A stretch of 64,000 bases of DNA from Octopus bimaculoides (GCF_001194135.2 NC_069005.1:34082119-34146118), one strand, 5' to 3'; shown: positions 27,150-39,627, numbered from the stretch's first letter. The notes: generated from the letters alone by a model not told the origin. Translations and numbers: made by a program.

Positions 27150-27720
27150 GAATCGCCTTTGTAGTTTTCTAAACATATGATTATGTGATACCATCAAATT
27201 TTAAATTTGACGTCTAGTTAATCCTATGCCGTTCTAAATACTGTTACAAGTGACACTGGCTGCATAGGTAACATATATTTCCAGACAGTTGTCGTTCGCT
27301 GGGTAAACATTTTGTAAACGACAGTTATAATTTGAATGTCACTTGTATTTTGGAGTATTTATATAACTTGGGGTATTTGTAATTTGATGTGTTTATTATT
27401 CCTTTCATTATTAATGGATGATAATGTGTTGACGTTGAGTGGCTTTTTGTGAGTAAATTTGGGTTAAAGATGTCTCCATGATGGAATATAACAATTGCGC
27501 AGAAGGGGATTTGCCATAAAAATATCATTTCCGATATTTGCATATTTTTTCCGATAATTGCATATATAAGTAAATGCACGATAAATTTGAAACCATATTT
27601 CAATCTTTTCTTTTTTAAAAAATTTTACCCATTAATTACCATTAGGAAGTTTAAAAACAGACACGCAGGCGCGAGTATAAATATACTTACACGCCATTAT
27701 GATACAATACCCGCAAACAA
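27150..27720 (-). mobile_element. Highly decayed Penelope-like element fragment (RT C-terminus to GIY-YIG)
   Basis: Minus strand gives, in order, ILAPACLFLNFLM (compare PLAPxLANLFM), KIEIWF, MQISEMIFLWQIPFCAIVI (compare FTMExExxxxIPFLDxxI), HYHPLIMKGIINT (compare SHHPxxxKxGIIxxL) and SGNICYLCSQCHL*QYLER (compare SGVVYxIPCxxCxxxYIG). Each match is weak, but the order is correct. Confidence 0.5.
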
Positions 27721-27910
27721 TGCACAGCTCACAATAATCTCTAACGTTTTAAAATTTGAAACCTATTCACAAAATTATTGATCGATTATTTTTTAAATAA
27801 TAAATTATGATCTCTTCCAGAATAAAGATGGAGTGTCACAGCTTACACCAAGTTTCCTAACGAGTCAAATGATGGCGAAACTTAAATGTGCATTGTGAAG
27901 GTGAATCATC

Positions 27911-27942
<32 letters not shown>

Positions 27943-27952
27943 NNNNNNNNNN

Positions 27953-28113
27953 GGCTTCTTTCAGTTTCCGTCTACCAAATCTACTCACAAGGCATTGGTT
28001 GGCACGAGGCTATAGTAGAAGACACTTGCCCAAGGTGCCACGCAGTGAGAATGAACCTGGAACCACGTGGTTGTTAAGCAAGCTACTTACCACACAGCCA
28101 CTCCTGCGCCTAT
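27953..28113 (-). mobile_element. Family A tRNA-derived SINE 5' head
   Basis: RC reads ataggcgcaggagtggctgtgtggtaagtagcttgctt...ggcaccttgggcaagtgtcttctactatagcctcg...ggtagacggaaactgaaagaagcc and ends at a gap plus (CA)n. Confidence 0.9.
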
Positions 28114-28821
28114 ATATATATATATATATACATACACACACAGACTTTCGCTTTTTCTTTGTACACAAGCTAATAGAGTTTGAGAGAATTACGGAGCAGG
28201 AAGAGGCGGGTGATTGTAAAGAGAGAAGTGTGAGGAACATAAACGTAGCAATGAAGGAAAAGGATCTGAGAGATGAGTGTTCTGCAAGAGTGAAGGGAAG
28301 AGTAAAGAGATAGGAAGGAAAAGAAGACGAAACCAAGAAAGAGAAGAATAACATGAATGAAGCGGGTTTGGTGTGGTAAGAAGCAGGATGGAAGGAACTG
28401 ATGAGGTAGAAAATTTCTTTTAAAGACTTTCAGACTTTCTAGAAATGACGGGAGTTTGATTTCAATTTAATCAATGGTATTGTTTGGTTGTAAACTATTT
28501 GGGAAGTGGCAGAGAGAGAGAGAGAGAGAGGAAAGTGATAGGTTTTAACTGTTCTGTCGGCGTTTAACTGATGATCTTTGATGTTTTTGTGTTGAAACCT
28601 CTCTGGGATCAACACCATTCTGATACCAACAGAAAGACTGCCAGTTACTTAACACGAAGCTACATGAAGAAGAGCGGCCAACCAATAAAATATGCCCTCT
28701 TTCTGAAATCTTTGATTAGTATCAGTATTATTATTATTTCTCTTCATCACCGGTTTTGTTGGAGCTCCTGGAGTATATTATTATTATTATTGTTGTTGTT
28801 GTTGTTGTTGTTATTGTTGTT

Positions 28822-28920
28822 AAGGCGGCGAGCCGGCAGAATCGTTAGCACGCTGGATGACATGCTCAGCGGTATTTCCTCTGCCGCTTCGTTCAGAGTT
28901 CAAATACTGCCGAGGTTGAC
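28822..28920 (+). mobile_element. Family B SINE 5' half
   Basis: aaggcggcgagccggcagaatcgttagcacg...gagttcaaatactgccgaggttgac, preceded by (ATT/GTT)n. Confidence 0.88.
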
Positions 28921-29010
28921 TTATTTTTCGAGCACCTTCCGGAGTATTTGAGCGGTTCTAAGCAATGCTGTTTTCTGTAAGTCCTCCACACCATTATTCC
29001 AGCCCTTATA
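28921..29010 (-). mobile_element. R4/Dong-type LINE extreme C-terminus
   Basis: Minus strand reads EDLQKTALLRTAQILRKVLEK* (compare LQKxALLGTAxILRKVL). Confidence 0.7.
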
Positions 29011-29029
29011 ATTAACATAATTATACCCA

Positions 29030-29256
29030 CATAAATCCTGATAGAACCTTACGTATCCACAAGTTTTCAGAAGTCTTTCCAATGCTTAGGACCCTCCTGA
29101 TAATCGTTGCTGTCCTTAAGAGACAAACTTTTTGTAGGAACTCCACGGGACATTCTATCCCAATCTCTTTCAGTCATTTGCCTTCATCTTGCTTTACTGT
29201 TCCCAAAGCACCAATTATTATAGCCACAGCCTTTACTGTTCGCATTCTCCAAATTC
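29030..29256 (-). mobile_element. R4/Dong-type LINE REL-domain C-terminus, with its 5' junction abutting (TAA)n
   Basis: Minus strand reads RIWRMRTVKAVAIIIGALGTVKQDEGK*LKEIGIECPVEFLQKVCLLRTATIIRRVLSI. Confidence 0.85.
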
Positions 29257-29389
29257 TATTATTATTATTATTATCATTAAGTAGCGAATAGTCGTCGTCG
29301 TTAGAGCGTTGGTCGGATCAAATGATGGATGATATCTGTTCTAGCTTTCGATATGAACTAAGATGGTTGCCAATAATACAAACTAAATA

Positions 29390-29705
29390 CATTGTACATT
29401 AGATAGTGTAACCCTAGATAAACTGTTTCTGAAATAAAAGAGAAGATAGTCACGATCGATTGAAATATCTTTGATTCAATGTCCACTGGATCATAACTGA
29501 CCTAGGGCTAAAAGACAATATAGAAGGACACATTACGTAATGTAACCCAAGGTACACTATGTTTAAAATATCGACCGAGTGGTCACGGATGTGTCAACTT
29601 TGATTAAACGTCTACTGAGTCATCACTGACCTGGGGCGAAACAATATAGAAGGATACATTAGATAAGATAGTCCAAGATACACCATGACCTGTGGCTAAA
29701 CAACA
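29390..29705 (+). repeat. Tandem triplication of the family C 3' region (period about 125 bp)
   Basis: Three ends: actgacctagggctaaaagacaata (about 29496), actgacctggggcgaaacaata (about 29626) and atgacctgtggctaaacaac (about 29685). The first two are followed by tagaagga(c/t)acatta. Confidence 0.7.
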
Positions 29706-30129
29706 TAAGAAAAGCAGCGATATGCAACGATTCGGATTCATCATTAATCTCTCCTATCCTCCGANNNNNNNNNNNNNNNNNNNNNNNNNNNNNNNNNNNN
29801 NNNNNNNNNNNNNNNNNNNNNNNNNNNNNNNNNNNNNNNNNNNNNNNNNNNNNNNNNNNNNNNNNNNNNNNNNNNNNNNNNNNNNNNNNNNNNNNNNNCG
29901 CCGCCACCGCCGCCGCCTCCGCCACCGGCCTCTACCTACAACCAGATATAACAAAGAAACAAACAACAATATAACCCCCCCCCCCACGAAAATATAATCT
30001 TCTTTTATGTTTGATGTATGAGACAAAGAAAGTAAGAAAAAGAAAGAAAGAAAAAACCAAAAATGGATAAAAACAGGTAAAAACACAGCAAAACTGAAAA
30101 CAAAGGACGACATTGTGTGAAATATCAAT

Positions 30130-30344
30130 CATTTTGACAACAACAACAACAACAACAACAACAACCACAGCGGTAGCAGTAATAACAGCAATAAGGACAA
30201 GGGCACCGATAAGGAAACCGGCATCATCATCATCATAATCATCATCATCGACTCAGCATCACTGCCTGAAATGATAGACACCCCTCATCATCTTCATCAT
30301 CGTCGTAGCCACCGTCATGGTCATCATCATCATCATCATAGTTG

Positions 30345-30417
<73 letters not shown>

Positions 30418-30600
30418 CAGTAACAGCAGCAGCAGCAGCAGCAGTAACAAAAGGTGCGGTAACAACGACTGCAACAATAACACAAAGGCCAGCAATGATA
30501 GCAGCGTAGCCATCTTCATGGCCCCTCCGCCTGCTTACTCCTCCTAATCATCATCATCATCATCATCATTATCAACAACAACAACAAAAGCAACAAAAGC
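30130..30600. repeat. Compound (AAC)/(CAT)/(CAG) trinucleotide tract
   Basis: Directly visible. Confidence 0.9.
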
Positions 30601-30996
30601 GAAATGCCAAAATAGAATCAGTCCCAACCGCCATATTGGATCATCCACAGAACCAAGAACGATACTAGAACACAGTAGTCGGCAGAACGTTAGGAGCAAA
30701 ATGTTCATTATTCGAGAGATTCATTCTAATTACTGCAAAACTGTACAGTAATTGTTGTCTCTAATGCAATCGATCGAACAAGGTTTTTCTTTTAATTAAA
30801 ATCAAGACAATTAGCATAAATCAAATCTGTCGGTTTGACCGTTACGTCGGTTTGACTTTTGTCTTCTTCTTCTTTACAGCTTAACTATCATTGCATCCCA
30901 TACTACCTATCTTCTCCCACTCACGCTTTACCTTTCTCTGTCCCGCATTCTCCCTCTCTTTCCCACTCTCTCTATACATAATATATATATACATAG

Positions 30997-31039
<43 letters not shown>

Positions 31040-31441
31040 CTATTTCTAAATGTATCAATCTGTTTCCTTATCTCTTTATCTATGTATCTATCAAAAGCAC
31101 ACACACACACATAGACACATATGTATATGNNNNNNNNNNNNNNNNNNNNNNNNNNNNNNNNNNNNNNNNNNNNNNNNNNNNNNNNNNNNNNNNNNNNNNN
31201 NNNNNNNNNNNNNNNNNNNNNNNNNNNNNNNNNNNNNNNNNNNNNNNNNNNNNNNNNNNNNNNNNNNNNNNNNNNNNNNNNNNNNNNNNNNNNNNNNNNN
31301 NNNNNNNNNNNNNNNNNNNNNNNNNNNNNNNNNNNNNNNNNNNNNNNNNNNNNNNNNNNNNNNNNNNNNNNNNNNNNNNNNNNNNNNNNNNNNNNNNNNN
31401 NNNNNNNNNNNNNNNNNNNNNNNNNNNNNNNNNNNNNNNNN

Positions 31442-31476
<35 letters not shown>

Positions 31477-31841
31477 TCCCGTTACACACACAAGACTATT
31501 TTCTCTGAAGGAATCTTGCACGAAGATTTAAAACATGCACACGTTATATGACGTATGCTGTTGCGGATGAACTCACGCATACGACACACATACACACACC
31601 AGCATATAAATATGTATGCGTGTATGTGTGCGTGCGTGAGCTTGTGTGTTTATGTGTGGGCATCTTTGTGTTGGCGTGTGTGTGTGTGTGTGTGTGTGAG
31701 TGTGTAGGCGTCTGCGTATGCAATGCTTGTGTCTACTTTTCTACGTGTGGCCCTTTAAGGCATTCTTTTGATGCAATTCTTTTAGCTGTCTATATTGTTC
31801 CAGCTTGATTCACAAACATTCTCCTGTCATATGTGTGCGTA

Positions 31842-31842
<1 letters not shown>

Positions 31843-31875
<33 letters not shown>

Positions 31876-31938
31876 CCTACCTATCAATCTATTTATCATT
31901 CTATCTATCAATCTATTTATCTATCTATCTATCTATCA

Positions 31939-31981
<43 letters not shown>

Positions 31982-31982
31982 A

Positions 31983-32032
<50 letters not shown>
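31843..32032. repeat. (TATC)n tetranucleotide array
   Basis: Directly visible. Confidence 0.95.
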
Positions 32033-32545
32033 AGATATGTGTATGTACGTAAGTATGTATGTATTCTCATCCAAAATGGAGTCGAGTACCAACGTTCCAT
32101 GCGGCAGACTTGATAATTGTTGTAGATATACAACGTCTAATTTTTTAAAATATACATACAATTGTAGTGTCGTTTTGGAAGTAAACAATCTAGTACACCA
32201 CAGATTTTCATAACTATTTAAATTAGTTGCTTACAGGTATTCCCTGATGAAGATCACAGAAGTGTAGATACTAGCCAAATCCAAATCAATGCCATTTCTT
32301 CATGTCCACTGAGAGAAGAGACTTGTGGTTGAATCGATTTGTTTGCTTTTTCTCCCGTCAGCAATGTTAACTTTATAAGTACAGGTGTCTTATTTTATAA
32401 CCTCCGGTTCAATTATTTCTCTGACTCTCTAAACTTTATTTTTTCTTCCTCCGCCTTCCCCTCCCATCTCTCTCACTACCTTGTCTCCTTCTCTCATCTA
32501 TTTTCTCTTCCTTACAACCTCCTTTCGACACAAACATTGTGTCCG

Positions 32546-32576
<31 letters not shown>

Positions 32577-32585
32577 GTCTGTCCA

Positions 32586-32667
<82 letters not shown>

Positions 32668-33014
32668 GTTGCTGTAGGTTCCCTATCAATTGCTGCCATT
32701 CGATCTAGTATGGAGGATTTAAAACTCTTCTGCCTTCAATATATTTTCCTTTTCATCATATACATTATGCGAATTTGATGCTGGGGGTACGGTAAGAAAG
32801 ATATGGTTGGATAACATCTATAATCTTAGTTGGTGACGCCTGGGAAAACAGCCAGAAGGTGTAATAAAAGTTGCTTTCGACATTATCCTATGGATGAGGG
32901 GCATTAGGACTCTATCCTCAAGACCTTGCTAGGAATAAGGGGCAGAGAAAATGGTTGGGTCCATGGAAATATGCATATTATCATACGTGAATATTAATTA
33001 CATTATATACATAT

Positions 33015-33122
33015 ACGTGTCTGTGGTGTACTCAGCCATTTGCACGTTCAAGTCACGAGCAGGCTGTTCCGTTGATCAGATCAACTGGAACCCTCCTCGT
33101 CGTAACCGACGGAGTGCCACGA
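33015..33122 (+). mobile_element. Putative SINE 3' tail fragment
   Basis: gtgtctgtggtgtactcagccatttgcacgtt...cacgagcaggctgttccgttgatcagatcaactggaaccctc...gacggagtgcca is followed by a microsatellite. A partial second copy (ctcagccactt...atgagcaggc) lies at about 37338-37387. Confidence 0.5.
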
Positions 33123-34039
33123 TATATACATACATACATACATACACACATATATATATATATATATACACACACACATACATATACATATATACACACA
33201 TATATATATATATACATATATATACGTATATATATACATATATATATATANNNNNNNNNNNNNNNNNNNNNNNNNNNNNNNNNNNNNNNNNNNNNNNNNN
33301 NNNNNNNNNNNNNNNNNNNNNNNNNNNNNNNNNNNNNNNNNNNNNNNNNNNNNNNNNNNNNNNNNNNNNNNNNNNNNNNNNNNNNNNNNNNNNNNNNNNN
33401 NNNNNNNNNNNNNNNNNNNNNNNNNNNNNNNNNNNNNNNNNNNNNNNNNNNNNNNNNNNNNNNNNNNNNNNNNNNNNNNNNNNNNNNNNNNNNNNNNNNN
33501 NNNNNNNNNNNNNNNNNNNNNNNNNNNNNNNNNNNNNNNNNNNNNNNNNNNNNNNNNNNNNNNNNNNNNNNNNNNNNNNNNNNNNNNNNNNNNNNNNNNN
33601 NNNNNNNNNNNNNNNNNNNNNNNNNNNNNNNNNNNNNNNNNNNNNNNNNNNNNNNNNNNNNNNNNNNNNNNNNNNNNNNNNNNNNNNNNNNNNNNNNNNN
33701 NNNNNNNNNNNNNNNNNNNNNNNNNNNNNNNNNNNNNNNNNNNNNNNNNNNNNNNNNNNNNNNNNNTTAGATGAGGTAACAGAAGGGAGATGTTGACGGG
33801 GGTTCGGGAGCGGGTGGCGATACACAGTCAGGCAAAGCCATTATACCACCACCACTACCACCACCACCACCACCACCACCAATAACAACAACAACGTCAC
33901 AATGAAGCCCAAACTAATGCCATCACCATCTTCCTTATCATCAGCATCACCACACCAGAATCACCGCCATCACCGTTACCACCTGGACCACCACTACTGC
34001 CACCCCCAACGTTACTTCTGCCATTCAACACAACCAATC

Positions 34040-34255
34040 CGACTCAATGATGGAATTCTTCGGTGTTCGCTCGATTGGTTAGAAATAGCAGCCAATTTGT
34101 CCTCAAACCACACCCTGTTGTCTCAAGAGATGGGCCTTTGGGACAATGCGGAACAAAGTTTCGGTATAGAAGATAATGAAGGGATGGTCAGGGATGGGTT
34201 TCTTTCAATCATATATGCGCTTAATCAATGCAGAACTGGGGTTGAGGAATAACAT
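34040..34255 (+). mobile_element. Family C SINE-like repeat, longer copy
   Basis: agaaatagcagccaatttgtcctcaaaccacaccct ... gggatggtcagggatgg ... aactggggttgaggaataac, colinear with the other family C pieces. Confidence 0.6.
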
Positions 34256-35140
34256 TATCACCACCACCATCACCAGCACGATGTGGTTATGTTCATCTTG
34301 GACTACGTTAAATTGAGGTCAGCGAAGATAAGCACGGACAGGTGGGACATCACCTTCAATTAACACTGATTGTTATTGGGGTTTTTTTGTGTTTGATGTT
34401 GCTGTGGTGGTGGTAGTGGTGATGATGGTGATGGTGTTGGTGGTGGTGGTGGCGGCGGCAGAGGAATTTGGTGGCGGCGGCGGCAATGACGGTGGTAGGT
34501 ATTACAGCGTCTGTGTGTGCTTTAGGTATCCAGATGACTGAAATATCTGTTCCATGATGTAATCTCTTGGTAATGAATGATTTGAGATCGAATTCGCTGC
34601 TCTTTCTAATTGGTCATATTAGACCGTCGTCCAACGCTGGTCAAATAGACACAATATATAGTCAAACGTTTCCCATACTATCTAGATTAATCTGGATTAA
34701 TCTGGATTAAGGAAGTAAAGAGGAAACTTCAGAGGATGTCAAGCGTGAAAATACACGATTTGCTGAATTGTTCTATAAGGAAATATGGCCATCTGTAGGT
34801 ATACCAGAAGGGAACACCACCACCACCACCACCACACAGGGACCCAAACATCAAGACGGTATCTGGTACAATTTAAAAGCCGATATCCACCTTGGAATAT
34901 AGTTTCAGGACAACTTGACGATGCGAATTTCTTCAGAAATAAGAGACAGCAACAGTTGGACAATAACCGAAAATAATTGTGTGTGTGCGTGTGTGTGTGT
35001 GTGTGTATGTGTGTGTGTGTGTGTGTGTGTGTACGTGTGTGTCTGTCTGTGTTTGTGTCTGTGTGTGTGCATGTGTATAAATGTGTGCATAAGTGTACGT
35101 AAGTGTGTATGTGCGTGTATGTATGGATATGTTTGTATAT

Positions 35141-35184
<44 letters not shown>

Positions 35185-35974
35185 NNNNNNNNNNNNNNNN
35201 NNNNNNNNNNNNNNNNNNNNNNNNNNNNNNNNNNNNNNNNNNNNNNNNNNNNNNNNNNNNNNNNNNNNNNNNNNNNNNNNNNNNNNNNNNNNNNNNNNNN
35301 NNNNNNNNNNNNNNNNNNNNNNNNNNNNNNNNNNNNNNNNNNNNNNNNNNNNNNNNNNNNNNNNNNNNNNNNNNNNNNNNNNNNNNNNNNNNNNNNNNNN
35401 NNNNNNNNNNNNNNNNNNNNNNNNNNNNNNNNNNNNNNNNNNNNNNNNNNNNNNNNNNNNNNNNNNNNNNNNNNNNNNNNNNNNNNNNNNNNNNNNNNNN
35501 NNNNNNNNNNNNNNNNNNNNNNNNNNNNNNNNNNNNNNNNNNNNNNNNNNNNNNNNNNNNNNNNNNNNNNNNNNNNNNNNNATACATACATATACATATA
35601 TATATGTATGTATATATGTATGTATGTATATATATGTATATTATATATATGTGTGTGTGTGTATGTATATATATATATGTATATGTGTATGTATATATAT
35701 ATATATATGTATATATTTCCATATGTATATGTATATGTGTATATGTGTATATATGTATATGTATATATATATATGTATATATATGTATGTATATATATAT
35801 ATGTACATATATACAGATGTACACCATACATCTAAGTACTTGTATATATGAGTATATGCATAGACGTATATATTTGTGTATGCTTCTTTTTCAATATTAT
35901 GTAATAAGTACTCAATACTGTAAAACAGGGTGGAACTGCATTTATTAAAAGACGCGTTTGTATGGTTTGCTACC

Positions 35975-36006
<32 letters not shown>

Positions 36007-37555
36007 ACCACACACACACAAACACACACAGAAAAACATGCAAACACACTCAGAATATGTATAAGTAAAAACTGTAAAATTGTATAGAGTGCGGTGGTCA
36101 CAGGAACGTTTTCTCTGTATGTGTGTGCGTGTGTGTGTGTGTGTGTCTGTATGTGTGTGTGTGTGGAAACCGTGTGAGGATCTGTCTGTGTGTCTGATTA
36201 CCTGTCTGCTTGTCTATCTGTAGGTCAGTCAGTCAGTCAGTCAGTCTCTATCAATCATCTGCATCATTTAACTTAATTCCTCTACCGTTATATTGCCATT
36301 ACTCAGTGTCCCAGTGCCACTTTTTTCCAATCTCCAATCTCTTCTTTTAAATTCTTCAATCTGATTCCAACACACACACACACTATCTCTCTCTCCTCTC
36401 TCGCTTCCCCCCTCGCTCCCCCACTCTCTTTCTTTCACCCACCAATGTTCCAATGCTCCATTTACGCCACATTACTTTCGATCTCTGGTACCTCCATTAC
36501 AAAATACAGTCTCTCCCTTACCCTCTCTCTCCCTCCCTCCCTCTCTCCCTCTCTTCCTCTCTCCGATCTCTCCCGCTCTCTCAGACATTCTCCCTCTCCC
36601 TCAACGCACACACATACACTACAAATGAACACGCATATCCACATATTCAAATGTGGATNNNNNNNNNNNNNNNNNNNNNNNNNNNNNNNNNNNNNNNNNN
36701 NNNNNNNNNNNNNNNNNNNNNNNNNNNNNNNNNNNNNNNNNNNNNNNNNNNNNNNNNNNNNNNNNNNNNNNNNNNNNNNNNNNNNNNNNNNNNNNNNNNN
36801 NNNNNNNNNNNNNNNNNNNNNNNNNNNNNNNNNNNNNNNNNNNNNNNNNNNNNNNNNNNNNNNNNNNNNNNNNNNNNNNNNNNNNNNNNNNNNNNNNNNN
36901 NNNNNNNNNNNNNNNNNNNNNNNNNNNNNNNNNNNNNNNNNNNNNNNNNNNNNNNATATATATGTACATACATACATACATACATAAATACATACATATA
37001 TAAATACATACATATATAGTCAGATAGATAGATAGATAGATATATAGATAGATAGATAGATATATAGGGAGAGAGGTACAGACAGAGGTGGGGCAGAGGC
37101 ACTGAGGGAGAGCGGGCGAGAGAGAAAGAGAGAGAGACAGGGAGACAAAGAGACAGAGTAGTCAAAGAAACAGAGACGGAGAGCGGGAGAGAGAGAATAG
37201 CACAGAGAGAGAGAAAAGGAGAGAGAGAGAGAGACTGAAGCTATAATTAAAGGAACCAATCTTGGTACACAGACGTCATTAAAATCAATCTCTGACGTTG
37301 ATGTGAAATACACAAATGTCTAAGGACCTACGTATACTCAGCCACTTACAGTATTATTCATTGATTTCGTTGTTCTCATGAGCAGGCAAGTAGAAAACTC
37401 ATCATCGAAGCCTGCACCACATCAGTTTACTTCTTACTTCGATCGTAAACTCATCAAATAAACGTCCTTCAACGGAAGGGCGCCATGCTGGATTAACAGA
37501 GACGGCTAGTTCTAACGAGAACAGCTCTGAAAACAATCAGTTTTGGGGTTTATAG

Positions 37556-37712
37556 AAAATATTGCTTTCAAATTTTGGCACAAAGCCAGCAAGTTTGAGG
37601 AGGGGGTAAGTCGATCACATCGACCCGAGGATTCAACCGGTACTTCATTTATCGATCTCGGAAGGATGAAAGTCAGATTTGACCTTGACGGGATTTGATC
37701 TTAGGACGTAAC
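37556..37712 (-). mobile_element. Family B SINE 3' two-thirds, degenerate
   Basis: gtaagtcgatcacatcgaccc...ggtacttcatttatcgatctcggaaggatgaaag aligns with 17272-17488. Confidence 0.75.
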
Positions 37713-38092
37713 GATAACAGTACCAGCACCGAGCAGTGATTATTCCTAAGGGAGCATCAGGACTGAGCTCAAATATTCCGGGCGAGTTTTTCCTGAGGAG
37801 ATAAAATTAAGTCGAAACGCTAGTGCCAGGAGATCGACCGACGACATTCTGAACATGTTGTGGGTTTTTAACGCACATGGCCGTTACAGCACCGTTTTAT
37901 GTTAGCATATATTTTACAAACGCTACCCACTTTGTCATTATACAAACACACACACACACATACATAAATATACACTTTCCACACATACACACACTGTCTT
38001 CTTTCCTTTCTTCACTTCTGAAATATTCTAGTCCGAAACATTCGTCTCTCTGCTAACACAGCATACAGACACACCAACATACACCTATATGA

Positions 38093-38126
<34 letters not shown>

Positions 38127-38269
38127 ACACGCACGCACACGACTTCTGGCTTGATCTGTCAGAATATTTACGTAAACAGCATATCACTTGCCTTTAATGA
38201 TTGATGGTGATTTTCTGCCGGGAGACTGCTAGGTTAGCTGTGGACAGAATATTGTATTACATGATACGA

Positions 38270-38455
38270 ACATAGAATTAGAAGATTTTGGCTTGTATTA
38301 TCTGGGTGTGAATGAGGTGGAGACCCGGATGATAGACGACCGCAGCTGAAGGGACGGTGGGGCCTGGCGAACAGCCTGTTCAGGTGCGAGACTATATTCA
38401 TAAAACTGCATTGAAACCAATATTTAGCGGCGTAAAAGAGTTTAGAAGACGGCCA
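38270..38455 (+). mobile_element. Possible RTE-type LINE ORF C-terminal remnant
   Basis: Plus frame reads ...VETRMIDDRS*RDGGAWRTACSGARLYS*NCIETNI*RRKR, loosely like RTE DRxxWRxxxxxGAxxFExxR...RRK. Weak match. Confidence 0.35.
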
Positions 38456-38469
38456 TTCCCAGTTGAAAG

Positions 38470-38549
38470 CTGAACTCAAAACATAGAGACAGACGAAATA
38501 CCACTAAGCATTTCGCCCGGCGTGCTAACGGTTCTGCCAGCTCGTCGCT
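38470..38549 (-). mobile_element. Family B SINE 5' head only
   Basis: RC reads gcgacgagctggcagaaccgttagcacgccgggcgaaatgcttagtggtatttcgtctgtc. Confidence 0.85.
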
Positions 38550-38589
38550 GCGTTCTTGGTCAGGTTGTTAACAGGGACAAGGATTTTGT

Positions 38590-39061
38590 CACGTGGTGGT
38601 GGTGGTGGTGGTGCCAGTGATGGTGGGAGTGGTGATGTTTCTGATGACATTAATTGTAGCAGCAGCAGCAGTAGTAGTAGTGGTAGTTGGTGGTAGAAAG
38701 TGTTCTGTGAGTGCTGATAGCTGATGGCCGATGGTGGTGGAGGGTGACGATTGAGGTGGTGGCGGTGATGGCGATAGCAAAGAAGATAGCTTTCAAGATG
38801 ATGTGAACGATAATGGATATGATGATGATGATGATGATGATGATTAATGTGTGGGGGGGCGTAGAGATGGCGGTGATGTTGGTGTTGGTGAAAGCAATGA
38901 AGATGTTTTCAACATGATGTGAATGATAATGGTGATAATGATGATGAGGAGGAGGAGGAGGAAAAAGAGGAGGTGGATGGGGGACGCTGGTGGTGAGGTG
39001 GTGGTAGTGGTGTTAGTGATAGCAATGAAGATGATTTCCGGGATGATGTGAACGATAATGG

Positions 39062-39105
<44 letters not shown>

Positions 39106-39627
39106 GTGATAGCTGTGGTAGTGGTGGTGTTGGTGGTGGTGGTAGTGTTTGTAGGGCTGCGCTGAAATCGATACAAATCGATGGCAGCGCCATAAAGACA
39201 ATCTATAAATGTCTTGGGAGATTACAAGACTGGGAAATCGTTAGATCCTTTGTTGCAATCACAGACAGAAGGAATGGTTTTAGGAATTTGAGGTAAGACA
39301 AGAGGATAATGACTGAAAGGCACCGATGTTGGCGGGGATGGAGGGGGCGTAGAGGGTAGCGGGGATGAAGGGGTGGCGTGAGGAGCGGAGTGAGCGTGAG
39401 GGAGGGGAAATGGGGGGAGGGGCTTGGCAGCGTGGTCAAACATCAGGGCTCAGAAAAAGCGTGATGATAAATGTTGATAATGATGATGATGATGATGATG
39501 ACGACTATGATGATGATGATGAGATGATGATGATGATGATAATGATGATGATATTGGGATATGGGTGATGGTGGGAGTGATGGCGATGAAGATAATTCTG
39601 AAAATGGTGAGAGCCATGGCGACGATG

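Noticed and set aside
20561-30641. Identical 16-mer aaccgccatattggat at 20561 and 30626
   Set aside because: The first copy sits in a family C remnant, so shared repeat ancestry or chance is likely.
32237-32332. Possible terminal exon VFPDEDHRSVDTSQIQINAISSCPLREETCG* after gcttacag
   Set aside because: Only an acceptor-like site supports it; no homology or partner exon.
34711-34902. 63-codon ATG-less open frame (SKEETSEDVKRENTRFAELFYKEIWPSVG...)
   Set aside because: No splice sites, it includes an ACC run, and I recognise no family.
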